Shown: piece by piece, positions 1 through 12,307 of the stretch | How the letters are laid out: every line of letters begins with the position of its first letter | Numbering within the stretch: the first letter of the stretch is position 1 | DNA from: Candidatus Acidiferrales bacterium | GTDB lineage: Bacteria; Acidobacteriota; Terriglobia; Acidiferrales; UBA7541 | Reading direction: 5' to 3' | DNA: 64,000 nucleotides | NCBI GenBank assembly: GCA_049790315.1 | Contig: JBAQYV010000056.1 | Coordinates: forward strand, 537-64,536 | Position numbers and translations under genes: made by a program | Notes under the pieces: generated by a model | What the model was told of the DNA's origin: nothing | Database searches by the model: none | Seen by the model: the letters and a program-made list of their open reading frames with translations, nothing else

Positions 1-3000
1 TCGCGACCAGCAGAACCAATGCGGCCGTCGGAACCAAGCGCCGCAGCGGCGATCGGTCATATCCGGCTAGACCTATCCCCCCCAGGAATAGCGCAATCGC
101 CGAGAGTGCCAACCATGTCGGCAATGACGTTGGAACGCTTGGCTCGTATGGTCCCAGCGGCCGTGCCGGTGTAGCCGAAACCGTCGTTCGCGACGTCGTC
201 GTCACCGTCATCGTCGTGCTGGTTCCCGGCGTCACGGAGCTCGGGTTGAACGTCGCCTCAGCGCCTGTCGGTAAACCGGATGCCGTAAAGGTCACTTGGC
301 TTGGCAACGTTCCGGCAACCGGCGCCGTCGTGATCACGAACATCGCCGATCCGCCCGCCGCCACCGTCTGCGGTCCGGTCGGACTCGATATGCTGTAATC
401 GATCACGGTGAACGTCAGACCGTTTGACGCGCCAACAGTCGGTGCCGCATTCAACACGGTGACCGTCGCGGCGCCGCCGACGGAAAGATCGGTCGCCGGA
501 ACCGTAGCAGTCAACTGCGTCGCACTGACGAACGTCGTGGTCAATGCCGCTCCGTTCCATTGCACAGCAGCGCCGCTCACGAAGTTGGTTCCCGTTACTG
601 TCAACATAAAGCTGGCGGTGCCGTCAAGCGCGGACGTCTGCGACAACGACGCGAGGGTGGGCGTCAGGTTGTTGACCGTGAACATTTGCGGAGCGGTGCT
701 CGCCGAGGCATATCCATTTGTGCTGGTGTATGCGGCGGAAAGCGTGTGCGTGCCAACGCTAAGACCGTTCACCGAGGTGGATGCGGTCCCGTTGACGAGA
801 TTCACCGATATTGTCGTGGTATCGACTGTGAACACGACCGAGCCCGCCGGCGTCACTCCTACGCCGGACACTGTCGCGCTGACCGTCACGGCCTGTCCGA
901 CTAGCGGTGAGGCTGGCGATATCGCGCCCAGTGCAATCGTAGGCGTGGGCGCCACGGATGGTCCGGTCAACGTCAACTGTACAGTCGACGGCGTGGAGAG
1001 CGCGGCGTTTGCGAGATTGCCGTTGAACGTCGCGACATCGGTCGGATTGACGAAGGTTGTCGGCGTAAATGCAGCGGTCAGTGTGCAAACTCCGCCTACG
1101 TTCACGGCCGATGGCAAAGTTCCCGTGAGAGTGCAGTCAGTGGAAGTAGCAGCCGCCAGACTGAAGTCTGTTGTATCGGTCTGGCTTACCGACGTCAGTT
1201 GCAGCGCCTGATTGCCGGACTCAAGCAGCGACGCATTCTGCGGCCCAGCACCCGCGCTCGCGAACTGCACGGCTCCCTGAGTACGCGTGAGTTTAAGAAC
1301 GCCTCCCCCGCTTCCCGTGTAGAGATTTCCGGCAGCATCGATCGCCAACGCAGAAGGCGTAACGCTCGCTACTGTAAACGCCGCGCTGTTCGCGCTGGCC
1401 GGAACGGCGAGAATCGCGGCCGTGTCGGCAATCAGTAAGTTCCCTGCCGCATCCGTGGCGATCGCCGACGGTTTCACCGCCGTAGAAGTTACAGTCGACG
1501 TCGCCCCGGTCGACACGTTGAACCGGTAAATCGCCGGCGCGCCGGGATCCGTAACCAGCAAGTTTCCACTCGGATCGATAGCAAGTCCGGCGGGCGCAAC
1601 CAAAGTGCCGACGGCAAGAACGCGCTGCGCTCCGGTAATCGGGCTGAGCTGATAAACGGCTAGCGCGGAAGAATCCGACACATAAAGATTGTTCAGCGCA
1701 TCGACAGTCAATCCACCGGGCTTCGTAAACTGTGACGGCAACGTAGCAACCGCGCCAGTCGGTGAAACCTGCGTGATCAAACCGGTCGATGTATCGGCGA
1801 CATAAACGAAACCCCGGGCATCGACGGCCACGGCGCCCGGCGCGGTGAGTGTTGCCAGGGTCGTCGAAGCGGCGCTTGTGCCCTGCGTGAGAGCTGCTGA
1901 GGCAAACTTCAACAGCGACTTGCTCTTAGCGTCCGACACGTAGACGTTTCCCGAATTATCGGTTGCAAGACCAGTGACCTGAAGGTTCGCACCAAAGTTA
2001 GTCTTGCTTGCGGGATCAAGCGTCGCACCTGCGCCAATGCCGGTGCCGGTAAGCGCGAGGAACGCCGTATTTCCACCGGAACTGTTCACCGTCAGCGGCG
2101 TTGAGCGCGCTCCCGGAACCGCCGGCGTAAAGCTGGAGTTCACGACGCAATCGACTGTCGTATCCAGGTTCGTGGTGCACGCCGGCGTGCCCAAACTCCA
2201 CTCGCTCGAAGCAGCGGCGAAAGCATTGGCGGTCGCCGGGCTATCGCCCGCGATGAAATGAATCTCGATCGGTAACGTCGTGGTGGCGGCGGTCGCGGTG
2301 GCCGGCGAATTCAAGTTCGTCGATACCTTACGAATCCGCGCGTTCAACGTGTCAGAGACGTAGATATTTCCGAGTGTGTCCGTGCCCACGCCGATGCCGT
2401 TGCCACCATCCCCGATAATGGCCTGGATTGCGGGGCAACCATCGCCGAAGCTGTCGGTTGCGCTGGCGCAATTCGTGGTCGTATCGCCCGCGATCGGGCG
2501 GATGAAGTCCGTACGGCCATCAACGAACCAAGCAGCGCCGGAACCGTCGGAAATATAGAGATCACCGCTCGTATCCATGGCCAGCTTCTGCGGGTTCATC
2601 GTTATCGTGTTGGCGAGCGCCGGGCCGGCATACGCCGCGCTTCCTCCGCCGGCCAATGTGTAGATGAATCCATTCTGTGGAGTCGTGACGCCGACTTTGT
2701 TCAAGAGTTGATAAAGCGCCGAGCCCGGTTCGCAGGTTACGCAAACCACGCGCACCTTCTGTGAATCGGCGATGTAGACATTGTCGTTGGCATCCGTCAA
2801 CACGCCCTGCGGATTATCGATCGTCGCGACGGTAGCGAGTCCATTATCGCCCGTTGATGTGGCAGCGCCTGTGCCCGCAAAAGTTTGGATCGTGCCCGTT
2901 GAATTGACAACGCGTATCTTGTTGTCACTCGTGTCCGCAATATAGACATTGCCGACGCTGTCCGCCCATGCGCCGCGCGGGTTGTTGAGCATAGCGGCCG

Positions 3001-6000
3001 TCGCTGCGCCGCCATCGCCATTTGTTGCCGTTGGAGACGAGGGCTTGGTTCCGTTGCCGCCAACGAGAAAGAGCAAGCCGGTCGGGACACTAAACTTGTA
3101 AACCTTATTGTCGTCGTAGCCCGCGATGTAGACATTGCCCTGTGGATCGGTGGAGACGCCGCGCGGTTTGTCAAGTTTCACCAGCGACGGCGTGCAACCA
3201 ACGGTCGCGCTCGGCAGGCAAGAAGTACCCGAAACAAAACCCGCGAAGTTGCTGATCACACCGTTCGGCGCAATCTTACGCACCAAGCTCGAGTTCGCAT
3301 CCGTCAGATACACATTGCCAAACGGATCGGCGGCGACGCTGCGCAGATCGACCGATCCGCTAAACACCATCGACGTTCCCTGGCAACCGTCACCGAAGCT
3401 GTCGGTGGATCCAGCGCACGCCGTGTTGGCGTTGGCCGCCGTGGAACCTCCTGCGATCGTGGACATCGTGTATGGCAGCGAGATGGGATTGCCGGGCAAC
3501 GGAACCAAAACCGGCGGGTTCACGGTGATCGCGATTGGCGGCGTCGAGGAGGACGTCGCGAAGCTTCCGCTCGCGAGATACGTCGCCGTTACGCTGTCGA
3601 CGCCGATCGGCAGGTCAACCGAAGCGATGGCCACTCCACTCGTTAGCGTGGCTGACGCGAGAGCTGTCGGCGTGGTGTTGCCAACGGTAGTGTACGAAAA
3701 GTTGACCGTTCCAGTCGGCGTTCCGGCGACGGAAGAGACCGTCGCGGTGAGCGTAACCGGAACTCCCAGAGTAGTGGTATTCGTATTCGCCGAAAGCCCG
3801 GTCGCGGTTACGGCCGGAGTAATCACAAGCGCGGCCGATGTCGATGTCGAGCCAGCGTTTACTCCGTCTCCGCTGTAGACACCAGAAATCGTATACGTTC
3901 CGACCGGCAAGCTGAAAATCGCCTGCGCCGTGCCCGAAGAACCGAGCGCCGCATTGCTGTAAACAAGGCCGTTCACAACGAATTCAACCGTGCCCGTCGG
4001 GCTGCTTCCCAACACTGTAGCTGTCGCGGTGAACGCCGTGCCGAATGTGGTCGTAACCGGCACGCCGGACAAAGTTGTTGTGCTGGGGCTCAAGCTCCCG
4101 GCATTAACCGTGATGACGTACGGCTCCGTCGTCGAGTACGGCGTGCCCGATACCGTAGGAACGTAGTTCGAATCGCCCGAGTAGGTCGCGACGAACGTGT
4201 GTGTGCCGATCGAAAGACCGCTGAGCGGGATGGAAATCGTGTCGCCGGTTCCGGGTAGCGTCACGGTGGTCGTGCTCCCGGCGCCGTCGCTTATCGTGAC
4301 CGTGCCCGTGGGATATGCGCTGCCTCCCACCGCTGGAGTAAGAATCACGACAGCCGTAGCCGTCTGTCCAGCAGTGATCGTCTGCGGCAAGCCCGCGGGC
4401 CCCGTCAGCTCCGGCGCAATAAGTGTGAAGCCGCACGACGGCAACGATAACGATGTCGCCGTTCGATTATCGGCAAGGGTGTTGCCGTTCATTCCGACAA
4501 ACGTCTGGTAATCGGTGACGATGTCCGTCGAGACCTGACCAGGACCGAGAGTCATCTGGGTTTCGCTAGGCGCGGGCGTCAGATCGGACGCGGGCAGCAT
4601 CGCAAAACTCACGTTGTCCAGAGTGAGAATCAGTGGATTGATCACGCCATTGTTGTCCGCTCCCGTCAGGCCCACCGTACCAGCCGTCAGGAACGCGAGA
4701 TTCTGCATCAGAATGCTCTTGAAGTTCGGTGTCAGGGTTCCGGTGTTGGTGTTGTAGACGGGCGTGAATTGAACTTCAATATTGTGATTCTCAAAGCACG
4801 AATTTGAATATTGGATGTTCTGCACCAGCCCGCCGCGATCGTTCGCGGATTTTATGCGGATTCCGGTGGAATTCGAATCAACGCTGCTGTTGCCGGCCAG
4901 CATGTTGCCGTCAAACAGGATGTTGCTCACACCGGCTGAAGTGAAGCTACCGATCGATTCGCCGTGGCCCGCGAAGAAATGATTATTGGTGACGGAAATA
5001 TTCGTCGAGGCCGAGCTGGGTCCGCCAGAAGCGCCAACGGCAACGTTGTCGTCGCCGTCGGAGATCCATGACCGCGTAATGGTGAAATTCTGTGCCTGAT
5101 CGGGATCGATGCCGTCCGTATTACGTGCGCTGGTCGGCGTGACGATCTTAATGTCCCACGCGGTCAAGCCATTGACTTCCCCGCCGTTCGTGGAAACGTG
5201 GAACAGCGGAGAATTTTTCAGCGTGATCTTATAAAGCGTGACGTTCGTCGCATTGCCCACCTGAATAAAGCGCGGATTTTGCTGGCTGCCGCCGCTATTG
5301 GCGATGGCCGACAGTCCCCACCAACTCTGCCCCGCGAAGCTCGACGGGAAAGCATTGATCAGAGTGTCGCCTCCACGGCCGTCCAGCTTGCCGAATCCCA
5401 TCACGCCAACGTTCGAAACGCCTGTAATGTTGATCAGCGGCAGGCACGAAGACGTGGCCGTGTTGGAATTCACCGTGCCGCAAGTGTGCGTGCCTTGCAC
5501 GACGTCGTAATCCTGCACGTTGCGCGAGAAATAAACGAAAACGCCAGGGTCGACCAGCAGAGTAACTCCCGAAGGCATATTCAGCGGACCTGTGAGGTAC
5601 GCATCGTGTCCAGCACCATCGATCGAAAGCCGTACGGCCTGATTCGTGTTCGCGCAGGAATTTAAAGCGGCCTGAATCCGCGCGCCGTCAGGATTGGTAA
5701 TCGTGGCGTCGACAGAAGTCGGGATGTCATCGTTCACCGACGTCAGCGCCGCGGCAAGCGTCGCGCAAACGGATGGGAACTCGGGTTCAGTAACGGTGCG
5801 GCTGTCGCCCGTGGCCACGGGTGCTGCGAAAGTTGTCGCTTCAATCGTCAGCTCACCGTTCGTAAATGTGAATGTATAGTTGCCGGCCGCAAGCGTACCG
5901 GTAGACGCAACGATCGGATATTCGCCAATCGCCGTGGGAGTCGCCGGGGTCGTAGTGAGCGACGGGGCGCCGCTCGTTGCGCTCGTCTGCGTATCTCCGT

Positions 6001-9000
6001 TCGCAAAACCGGTTATCGTCGCGGTGTAAGCGGGCGCGCTCTGCCCCATCATGATTGTGATGTTGTTCGCCGCAACCTGCAGAATGCCTCGCGCAACCGT
6101 GATCGCGATCGCGTTTGACGTGCTGGCCGCGTTGGTGATGTCGCCGCCGTAACTCGCCGTCAGCGTGTGACTCCCCGCCGCAACACCCGTGAGCGAGTAA
6201 CTGCAAGACCCTCCATTCAGCGTGCAGGTCCCGGCAGTCGCGCCATCCACAAGCAAACTCACCGCGCCCGTCGGGCTCACGCTGCCTGATGCGGGCGTTA
6301 CAGAAACTGTCCCGGTAATCGCAGTGCCATACGTTGTGCTGGGATTCGCGGACGTAAGCACCGAAGTGGTGTTGGTTAACGAAGCGGCCACAGTGATTGT
6401 GAACGTAGACGAAGACGAACTTGCATTGAAATTCGAATCGCCTCCATACGTCATCGTGATTGTGTGCGGACCGACAGCCAGCGTACTGATAGTAAGATAA
6501 GCCTCACCGCTGGCATCGAGCGTACCGGACGCTAGCACCGTGCTGCCATCCAGGAATTGATATGCGCCGGTAGGAATCACTCCCGCGCCCGGAGTCACAG
6601 GCCTGCCCAGAATCGTCACACTGCTTCCCGCGTTCACCGTCAAGCTGCCCGTCGGCGCGAACGAATTCACATCATTGGCCAACGCAGTTATCGGGTTCCA
6701 ATTCGCCTGGAATCCCGTGTAGGTTTGCGCCGGCACCGTCGCCGAAAGAAATGCCACGGGATAATATGCCGCGGCCTCCGCCGCCGTGAGACTCGTCTTG
6801 ATGGAATTCGACGCTTCGATCGTTCCCGGGTCCTGCGATTCCGTTTCGCGCGTACCCGTAACACCCGTGCCGGTGTTTCCTCCGGTGGGCGTCACATTGC
6901 CTGGCAGCGCAGCCGGATATCCGTCCGTTCCAACCGCCGGGTCCGTTAATGGAGAAGTGTTGTACTCCGCGTACGTTGACGTCGGAAGATTTGTATCGCC
7001 CGAGAATTCTATCCAGCCGATCGGATTCACCTGATCAACTTTCGAATTGAGCATGATCCAGGTCGAATACTGTCCGTACGGCCGGCCGTAATCCAGTTGC
7101 GTCATCCCTGTGCTCTGCGAAAACAGAGTGCAGGCGTTACAGACATAGCCGCTCAAATAATCGCTGGCGCTGCCAGTTTCAAATTTCTTGTTCTGCGCTT
7201 CGATGGTTTCTGTTCCCGTGGCAGAATTGCCGTGCCACGCTGTGAAAAATGTCGTGTGGTCATATACCATCGCCGCATCGCCGAACACATAGTCGACATC
7301 GCCGTTGATGGTTCCTTGCCACATGTATTGACGTGCCGCAGTGCAAGCGCTGCCGCATCCTTGGCTCCCCGCATAGAGCGTGTCCTGCTGGCTCGTCAGG
7401 TTCACGTTGTTCAACACAGCCTGATCCGCGGTAATCCACAACGCCAGCGCCTGCGAATTGCATTGTGTCCCGGCGTTGTAAATCGCTTGCAGTGTCTGCG
7501 CGGTCCCGGTATTCGCGCACGAACCGCTCGCCGTGGAATACGTGGTAGTTGTAGTGGGATCTGTGTTGTAAGTGTTTTGAATGGTCAGATACTCGGCGTA
7601 AAAATTAGCCGGGGTATATACAGCGTTGCCGGCCGTCGCCTGGTTGCCGATGAACGCGCTCTTCGAGACATCCAGTATCGATGATCCTTGATCTCCGCTG
7701 GCATTCGCATTGCCGGCGCCGCTGCCTGGGTAAACAAAGGGCGCTGAGAACGCACCATCCTCGCCCGCGATGATCACTTTCGTTGGATCGCCACCCAATC
7801 CGCGCAGCGACACATTGGGATAACTTATGGCGTTCTGCCCCGTGTAAGTTCCTGGCTTCAGGTAAATCGTGCCGCCGGTAACCGGTAGCGCAAGCAATGC
7901 AGCCGTCAGCGACGTGTAATTCCCGCTGCCGTCTGCCGCGACCACATTGTTTGACGCGCCGACTCCCGCGGTCGTGTTCGCCTTGGTCACTGCGTAGGTC
8001 GCCACCGAACCCGTGGATCCGATGTAATCGATCTGATCCGCCGGCGTAAACGTCACCGCCAGCGCATACGTGCCGATCGGCAGATAGCTCGAAGCGTCAA
8101 TCGACGTCGTCGGTCCGCCCGAAGGCGTCGCGGTGTAAGTGAAATCTCCAGGGACGTTTGGCGCGACGGTCGCATCCAGCACGCCCGAACCAATGCCCTG
8201 GCTGAATTGCTGCGTTACGACAGCCGGCGACCAGGTCACGACCGTGGCCGCCTGCTCCACGCTGAAATTCGTGGTAGTCGAATTCGATCCAGTGAAACCG
8301 TTCTGCGTCGCATACGACGCCGCGATCGTGTGGCTACCCGCGCTGATGCCCGAAAGCGTCACGGTCGCAGCACCGCTGCCATTCAGCGTGTACTGCGCTG
8401 CGGTGCCGGAATCCACCGTCACGTTCACGGTACCCGATGCCGTCCCACTGCTCGCTGCAACGGTCACGGTAAATACGACAGTCGGCCCGGTGGCCACGTA
8501 CACGGGATTCGCCGGCGTCTCTCCGCCAATCGTCGTCGTCGTTGTGATCGCCGCGCCTGTCTTCACCGCACTCATCGTTAAACCGCCGATAGTCGACGCC
8601 GCCGGCACATAACTGAGCACATCGCTCACCGTCCCGGTGCCCGCCTGCGGCGTAAATGTCGCCGACAGCGTGCAAGCATTGCCAACCGCCTGTGGCCCGA
8701 GCACGCTCGTCGTAAAGTCGCAAGGCGCGGTCGCTCCGCCCACCACCGCGAAGTCCGACGTGTCGGTCGTCGTGTTCGAGCCGGTCACGCTTTGATTGCC
8801 TACGTTCGTCAGCGTGCCCGCAAGAGTCGTCGCGATGCTTGATCCGAAGCTGAACGAGACTCCGTCGCGCACAACCTGTGTAATGCTCGTGCTGCCCGAA
8901 TCGGCGCTGTAAACATCGCCCGCACCGTCAACCGCAAGACCTGCCGGTGTCACAAGGCCCGTCAGTACCGTCGTGTTCGGACCGCCGACAGGCACCTCAA

Positions 9001-11656
9001 TCACCGACAGACTCACCGAATCCTGCACATAAAGATCGCCCGCCGCATCCACCGCGACTCCAACCGGAACCACCCCCGACAACGCGACAGTCGATTGCAC
9101 GTAGCCCGGGACTCCGCCGACCAAACCCGGCGTCAACTTGTAAACCGCCTCCGCACTCTTGTCTGCCACGTAGACGTTCCCGTACGCGTCAACCGCCAAC
9201 GAGACCGGATTGGTAAAGCCCGTCGCCACCGCCACCTGTGGCGCAAGCGTGTTCGGAACCAGCGACAGTCGGTAAATCGCCGTGTTGGCCGTCGTGCTCT
9301 GTTTATCCGCCACGAAAAGATTACCCGCATCATCCACCGCAATGGCTTGCGGCGTGGCCGTTCCGTTGATCGGCGTATACGAAACTGTTGTGTCCGTATA
9401 GGCAGATGGCTGACCGGCCGAGGCCGGCGCTCCGCTCACAGCAAGTTCTGTAATCGTCGGGGTCCCACTTCCCACCGCAAACACATCGCCAAGCTCATCC
9501 ACTGCGATCTGGCTTGGACTTGCCGGCAATGTTCCCGCCAAGGCCACGCTGCTTCCAGCCTGAATATCCTCAAGGAATTGCCCGCCGCGCGTGTCCATCG
9601 TGTACACGTTTCCGGCGCCATCCAGCGCCACACCCGCCGCAGTGATTCCGCTGAAGATTGCGTTCGTTGTGGGCGCGATGGGCGTGGTGGTTCCGTCATT
9701 CGAACTTGCGCTGTCAAACGCGAGCACCGACCCGGATACCGTTCCATCGAGAGCAATGTTCGCGACCGAAGTTGCCGCCGACCCACCGCCCGGAGTGAAC
9801 GGCAAACTCACGCTCAAAGTTGCGGATCGCAAACCGGCCCTCGAAGGCGTCGATGTCACGGCCACGTTGCAATCGAAAGAATTGTCGTGATTCTGGGCTC
9901 CGCAGCTCAGCGTGCCCGCTGTCATATCTGGTGTCGTCGTTAGCGCCGCGGCCGGCGTCGATGCGGTCCCGGCTGCCGTCTCTGAGAAGTGCACCTGGAA
10001 ATTCTGAATCAGCGTTGTGCCCACAGTCTGCTGAGCCAGCCCCTGCGCCAATACCTTGCGCACGAGCATGCCGGTGGCATTGCTGGAAGCGTCGAACAGA
10101 TAAAGATTATCCTGCCCATCCGCGGCAACGCCCAATCCGTTGCCGTTAGAAAAAAGAGAATCGGATGCAGGACACCCATCGCTATATGCGCTCAGCGATT
10201 CCTGGCCCGAAGAGCCCGTGCAAAAGCCGCCCGTCGTAACATTCGCCGAGCCCGTAAACAGCAACCGCACATACCCGGTATTCATGTCGTAGAAAACGAC
10301 CTTGCTGCTATCTCCAATAAAAATATTTCCCTGCGGAGTCACGTTCACCTTCGTGATCGTCGTGTCCGTGGCCTTCGTGCTCGTTCCGAGCGTCGGCGCG
10401 GCCGCGAGCGTTGTCCCTCCGCCGCCCCACAACAGGTAAATAAATCCAGGCTGCGGCGTCACGCCTGGATTGTTGGCGATAATCGCCGCCTGCATCTTCG
10501 CCGCTGCCGCGCTGGTGCCGCCCACATAAAACACGCGCAGCCCGTGCGTCGGATCGGTAAAAACCATATCGCCCGCCGCGTCGACAGCCACGCCGCTGGT
10601 ATATCCCGAGCTCGCCATCACAGAGCTAAAACTAAACGGGCAGCCGTCCCCGAGCGTGTCGAGCGCGGTTCCGGCGTACGTGAGGCTGTTCACAGTGTTC
10701 GAGCAGCTCTCGTTCACGGTCGTCGCCGTACCGCCCGTGCTCGCGCTCGTCCCCGTGATGTTCACTACCGAATATACAAATCCTTGTGTCACCGCCGCGT
10801 AATTCACTCCCAGCGCCGCATAAACCGGATTGTTCCCCGTAAAGTACGGCGATGTCAGCGGCCCCACCACCACGCGGGTGCGCGACGTTGTTGTGTCGGC
10901 AAAATAAATGTTGCCATACATATCTGCCGTGACGCCGCGCGGTTGATCCACTTCTCCGTTCGACGTTGTGCATCCCGCGGTTACAAAAGTTTGCACCGCC
11001 AGCACGTTGTCGATGCCCACGCCGCCCGAAGGACCGCTTCCCGCGTTCTTCACGCATCCCGCCATCAACCTCATCATTCCAACCTGCGCCGTGGTGCACA
11101 GCGGAGAGCCGACCCGGCAAACCAGATGAATCGCGTTATCGCCGTAGCCGGCAAGCAACACGTTGCCGTAAGGATCGATCCCGATGCCGCGTGACGCGCC
11201 AATTTTCGTCTGTGTCGCCGCAAGGCAGCCATCGCCTTCGGAATCCACAGCACCGCTCGCGCCCGCGCCGCTCGCTTCGGCGCACACGGAAGTCGCGCCA
11301 CCCGCCAGCACACTCATCACTCCGGTAGTAGGATCGACCACGTGAACGATGGAATTCACGTCGTCGGCGACAAATACATTCCCGAACGAATCCACCTCCA
11401 CGCCGCCGCGCCCCGCCGCGCCAAAAATTCCGTTAACCGCCAGACATCCGTCGCCAAAAGCATCTGTCGACACCGCACCCGTCCGCGCATTGAGCGTCGG
11501 ACACGGCGTGCCCGCCACCGCCGTCATCGGCGAGTTCCCGGCAATGGTCGACATCGTGTAGGGCAACGCAACGGAACTCTGTTGCGCGATTGCAGCTGGG
11601 GAGAAAACGACGCACAACACACACACGAATCCGGCGACGCGGGCGGGTCGCATCAT
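1..11656 (-). CDS. Giant secreted multidomain protein, >=3,885 aa, 3' end beyond left window edge. Order: signal peptide, NHL-type propeller array I, Ig-like repeats, CE8 pectin methylesterase domain, Ig-like repeats, GH28 polygalacturonase-type beta-helix, Ig-like repeats, NHL-type array II, Ig-like repeats, TM segments
   Basis: ATG ATG at 11656/11653 sits 6 nt after GGGAGG (rc of 11663-11668). The N-terminus [26 protein letters not shown] is Sec-signal-like. No track ORF anywhere in 1-11656 lies in this minus frame (first codon base = 1 mod 3). Hand translation at 2-262, 3121-3178, 3421-3500, 4801-5158, 7021-7140, 7261-7498, 7861-7978, 8281-8440, 9121-9205 and 11360-11656 gave continuous protein-like sequence in that frame. 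It is therefore one open frame with no in-window stop, which is why the track omits it. Confidence 0.85.
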   Translation of the reverse strand, partial: MMRPARVAGFVCVLCVVFSPAAIAQQSSVALPYTMSTIAGNSPMTAVAGTPCPTLNARTGAVSTDAFGDGCLAVNGIFGAAGRGGVEVDSFGNVFVADDVNSIVHVVDPTTGVMSVLAGGATSVCAEASGAGASGAVDSEGDGCLAATQTKIGASRGIGIDPYGNVLLAGYGDNAIHLVCRVGSPLCTTAQVGMMRLMAGCVKNAGSGPSGGVGIDNVLAVQTFVTAGCTTSNGEVDQPRGVTADMYGNIYFADTTTSRTRVVVGPLTSPYFTGNNPVYAALGVNYAAVTQGFVYSVVNITGTSASTGGTATTVNESCSNTVNSLTYAGTALDTLGDGCPFSFSSVMASSGYTSGVAVDAAGDMVFTDPTHGLRVFYVGGTSAAAAKMQAAIIANNPGVTPQPGFIYLLWGGGGTTLAAAPTLGTSTKATDTTITKVNVTPQGNIFIGDSSKVVFYDMNTGYVRLLFTGSANVTTGGFCTGSSGQESLSAYSDGCPASDSLFSNGNGLGVAADGQDNLYLFDASSNATGMLVRKVLAQGLAQQTVGTTLIQNFQVHFSETAAGTASTPAAALTTTPDMTAGTLSCGAQNHDNSFDCNVAVTSTPSRAGLRSATLSVSLPFTPGGGSAATSVANIALDGTVSGSVLAFDSASSNDGTTTPIAPTTNAIFSGITAAGVALDGAGNVYTMDTRGGQFLEDIQAGSSVALAGTLPASPSQIAVDELGDVFAVGSGTPTITELAVSGAPASAGQPSAYTDTTVSYTPINGTATPQAIAVDDAGNLFVADKQSTTANTAIYRLSLVPNTLAPQVAVATGFTNPVSLAVDAYGNVYVADKSAEAVYKLTPGLVGGVPGYVQSTVALSGVVPVGVAVDAAGDLYVQDSVSLSVIEVPVGGPNTTVLTGLVTPAGLAVDGAGDVYSADSGSTSITQVVRDGVSFSFGSSIATTLAGTLTNVGNQSVTGSNTTTDTSDFAVVGGATAPCDFTTSVLGPQAVGNACTLSATFTPQAGTGTVSDVLSYVPAASTIGGLTMSAVKTGAAITTTTTIGGETPANPVYVATGPTVVFTVTVAASSGTASGTVNVTVDSGTAAQYTLNGSGAATVTLSGISAGSHTIAASYATQNGFTGSNSTTTNFSVEQAATVVTWSPAVVTQQFSQGIGSGVLDATVAPNVPGDFTYTATPSGGPTTSIDASSYLPIGTYALAVTFTPADQIDYIGSTGSVATYAVTKANTTAGVGASNNVVAADGSGNYTSLTAALLALPVTGGTIYLKPGTYTGQNAISYPNVSLRGLGGDPTKVIIAGEDGAFSAPFVYPGSGAGNANASGDQGSSILDVSKSAFIGNQATAGNAVYTPANFYAEYLTIQNTYNTDPTTTTTYSTASGSCANTGTAQTLQAIYNAGTQCNSQALALWITADQAVLNNVNLTSQQDTLYAGSQGCGSACTAARQYMWQGTINGDVDYVFGDAAMVYDHTTFFTAWHGNSATGTETIEAQNKKFETGSASDYLSGYVCNACTLFSQSTGMTQLDYGRPYGQYSTWIMLNSKVDQVNPIGWIEFSGDTNLPTSTYAEYNTSPLTDPAVGTDGYPAALPGNVTPTGGNTGTGVTGTRETESQDPGTIEASNSIKTSLTAAEAAAYYPVAFLSATVPAQTYTGFQANWNPITALANDVNSFAPTGSLTVNAGSSVTILGRPVTPGAGVIPTGAYQFLDGSTVLASGTLDASGEAYLTISTLAVGPHTITMTYGGDSNFNASSSSSTFTITVAASLTNTTSVLTSANPSTTYGTAITGTVSVTPASGSVSPTGAVSLLVDGATAGTCTLNGGSCSYSLTGVAAGSHTLTASYGGDITNAASTSNAIAITVARGILQVAANNITIMMGQSAPAYTATITGFANGDTQTSATSGAPSLTTTPATPTAIGEYPIVASTGTLAAGNYTFTFTNGELTIEATTFAAPVATGDSRTVTEPEFPSVCATLAAALTSVNDDIPTSVDATITNPDGARIQAALNSCANTNQAVRLSIDGAGHDAYLTGPLNMPSGVTLLVDPGVFVYFSRNVQDYDVVQGTHTCGTVNSNTATSSCLPLINITGVSNVGVMGFGKLDGRGGDTLINAFPSSFAGQSWWGLSAIANSGGSQQNPRFIQVGNATNVTLYKITLKNSPLFHVSTNGGEVNGLTAWDIKIVTPTSARNTDGIDPDQAQNFTITRSWISDGDDNVAVGASGGPSSASTNISVTNNHFFAGHGESIGSFTSAGVSNILFDGNMLAGNSSVDSNSTGIRIKSANDRGGLVQNIQYSNSCFENHNIEVQFTPVYNTNTGTLTPNFKSILMQNLAFLTAGTVGLTGADNNGVINPLILTLDNVSFAMLPASDLTPAPSETQMTLGPGQVSTDIVTDYQTFVGMNGNTLADNRTATSLSLPSCGFTLIAPELTGPAGLPQTITAGQTATAVVILTPAVGGSAYPTGTVTISDGAGSTTTVTLPGTGDTISIPLSGLSIGTHTFVATYSGDSNYVPTVSGTPYSTTEPYVITVNAGSLSPSTTTLSGVPVTTTFGTAFTATATVLGSSPTGTVEFVVNGLVYSNAALGSSGTAQAIFSLPVGTYTISGVYSGDGVNAGSTSTSAALVITPAVTATGLSANTNTTTLGVPVTLTATVSSVAGTPTGTVNFSYTTVGNTTPTALASATLTSGVAIASVDLPIGVDSVTATYLASGSFATSSSTPPIAITVNPPVLVPLPGNPISLPYTMSTIAGGSTAANANTACAGSTDSFGDGCQGTSMVFSGSVDLRSVAADPFGNVYLTDANSSLVRKIAPNGVISNFAGFVSGTSCLPSATVGCTPSLVKLDKPRGVSTDPQGNVYIAGYDDNKVYKFSVPTGLLFLVGGNGTKPSSPTATNGDGGAATAAMLNNPRGAWADSVGNVYIADTSDNKIRVVNSTGTIQTFAGTGAATSTGDNGLATVATIDNPQGVLTDANDNVYIADSQKVRVVCVTCEPGSALYQLLNKVGVTTPQNGFIYTLAGGGSAAYAGPALANTITMNPQKLAMDTSGDLYISDGSGAAWFVDGRTDFIRPIAGDTTTNCASATDSFGDGCPAIQAIIGDGGNGIGVGTDTLGNIYVSDTLNARIRKVSTNLNSPATATAATTTLPIEIHFIAGDSPATANAFAAASSEWSLGTPACTTNLDTTVDCVVNSSFTPAVPGARSTPLTVNSSGGNTAFLALTGTGIGAGATLDPASKTNFGANLQVTGLATDNSGNVYVSDAKSKSLLKFASAALTQGTSAASTTLATLTAPGAVAVDARGFVYVADTSTGLITQVSPTGAVATLPSQFTKPGGLTVDALNNLYVSDSSALAVYQLSPITGAQRVLAVGTLVAPAGLAIDPSGNLLVTDPGAPAIYRFNVSTGATSTVTSTAVKPSAIATDAAGNLLIADTAAILAVPASANSAAFTVASVTPSALAIDAAGNLYTGSGGGVLKLTRTQGAVQFASAGAGPQNASLLESGNQALQLTSVSQTDTTDFSLAAATSTDCTLTGTLPSAVNVGGVCTLTAAFTPTTFVNPTDVATFNGNLANAALSTPSTVQLTLTGPSVAPTPTIALGAISPASPLVGQAVTVSATVSGVGVTPAGSVVFTVDTTTISVNLVNGTASTSVNGLSVGTHTLSAAYTSTNGYASASTAPQMFTVNNLTPTLASLSQTSALDGTASFMLTVTGTNFVSGAAVQWNGAALTTTFVSATQLTATVPATDLSVGGAATVTVLNAAPTVGASNGLTFTVIDYSISSPTGPQTVAAGGSAMFVITTAPVAGTLPSQVTFTASGLPTGAEATFNPSSVTPGTSTTMTVTTTSRTTVSATPARPLGPYEPSVPTSLPTWLALSAIALFLGGIGLAGYDRSPLRRLVPTAALVLLVA
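2..130 (-). other. C-terminal membrane module of giant CDS (truncated by window): TM helix, basic loop, start of second hydrophobic helix
   Basis: Base-by-base translation of 2-130 gives [44 protein letters not shown], with the frame still open at base 2. Confidence 0.7.
1300..3490 (-). other. Domain region of giant CDS: NHL-type beta-propeller repeat array II
   Basis: It opens with [15 protein letters not shown] (about 3445-3490), the same motif that opens array I. Blades include [20 protein letters not shown] (3121-3178) and [16 protein letters not shown] (about 1330-1380). Boundaries are approximate. Confidence 0.6.
4560..5790 (-). other. Domain of giant CDS: glycoside hydrolase family 28 (polygalacturonase-type) right-handed beta-helix
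   Basis: Hand translation gives NTDGIDP (5102-5122), GDDNVAV (5036-5056), GHGESIGS (4946-4969) and RIKS (4847-4858). These are the four conserved GH28 active-site blocks (NTD, G/QDD, GHG, RIK) in the right order and spacing. The upstream [20 protein letters not shown] (about 5642-5701) resembles the GH28 N-terminal cap. Confidence 0.8.
6950..7945 (-). other. Domain of giant CDS: carbohydrate esterase family 8 (pectin methylesterase) beta-helix
   Basis: Hand translation gives [28 protein letters not shown] (from about 7945), [27 protein letters not shown] (7373-7453), [15 protein letters not shown] (7271-7315) and LDYGRPYG (7073-7096). These match the CE8 signature set QAVAL / QDTLY / DFIFG / GRPW, including both catalytic Asp and the Arg. 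Confidence 0.8.
8880..11566 (-). other. Domain region of giant CDS: NHL/SMP-30-like beta-propeller repeat array I (probably two propellers separated by a beta-sandwich insert)
   Basis: It opens with [11 protein letters not shown] (about 11536-11566). Blades of the type VD..GN(V/L)(Y/F)(V/I)AD recur, e.g. [14 protein letters not shown] (11360-11401) and [16 protein letters not shown] (about 9160-9205). Boundaries are approximate. Confidence 0.6.
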
Positions 11657-12307
11657 CAAACGCCTCCCAAGATAAACGTGTAGAAAAGCTAGTAGGGAAA
11701 AGGGACCGTTGTGGTACGTGCTATGCCACATTTAAAAAAACTAAAGATTAGACCCTATATACGTACGGGATTACTAAAGGCGGAGATTTGTAGTATCACT
11801 GGACGCAAACGTCAAGAGGAAAAATGCCTCGGCAAGCGGATTTTCCGTCATGCCAGCTTCCCACTGCCTTCCGGCGCCTTCACGAACCAGCTGAAGTCGC
11901 AGAAAACATTGGGTTAATCTCCGAATTGGGCCGTAGGACGGACCACCCCAACGGTTGCGTGCTTCACACTATGGTTCGAGATCAAATCAAGGAGATCCAC
12001 AAGATTCGCGATTTGACGACCGTATTCTCAATTCCAAAAAGTGGATTCTCGTCATGGCAAGTCGCACCTTACTCCTCCGAGCGAGTGGCCCCCTGCCGTC
12101 AGTCAATCGATTCGAAATGATCCATCGGACACTCTTTCCTACACCCACGTCGAAATGTGTCCCTTTTTGCACGGAAACACTTTCTCGCGCCATCTAATAT
12201 CCGGTATTGGTACGCTTGCGGATAATCCGCGCCAAAGAATCGAGTATCGGCGGCCAGAAGCCGAGCGATCAGCCGAACTAACAAGTACGAAGATAGAGGT
12301 AAACACT

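Noticed and set aside
216-11683. All track ORFs inside the first 11.7 kb on either strand, including the 401-aa ORF 9989..11194(+), 282-aa 9095..9943(+) and 267-aa 408..1211(+).
   Set aside because: They are Arg/Cys/His/Pro-rich or otherwise low-complexity shadow frames of a GC-rich gene. None lies in the minus frame that carries the signal peptide and the CE8, GH28 and NHL signatures, and that frame is continuously open.
12041-12307. Long form (245 aa) of the cupin ORF and other small ORFs in 11700-12300.
   Set aside because: They lie in AT-richer intergenic DNA with no SD and odd composition. Met-90 with a GAGG SD gives a normal-sized cupin.
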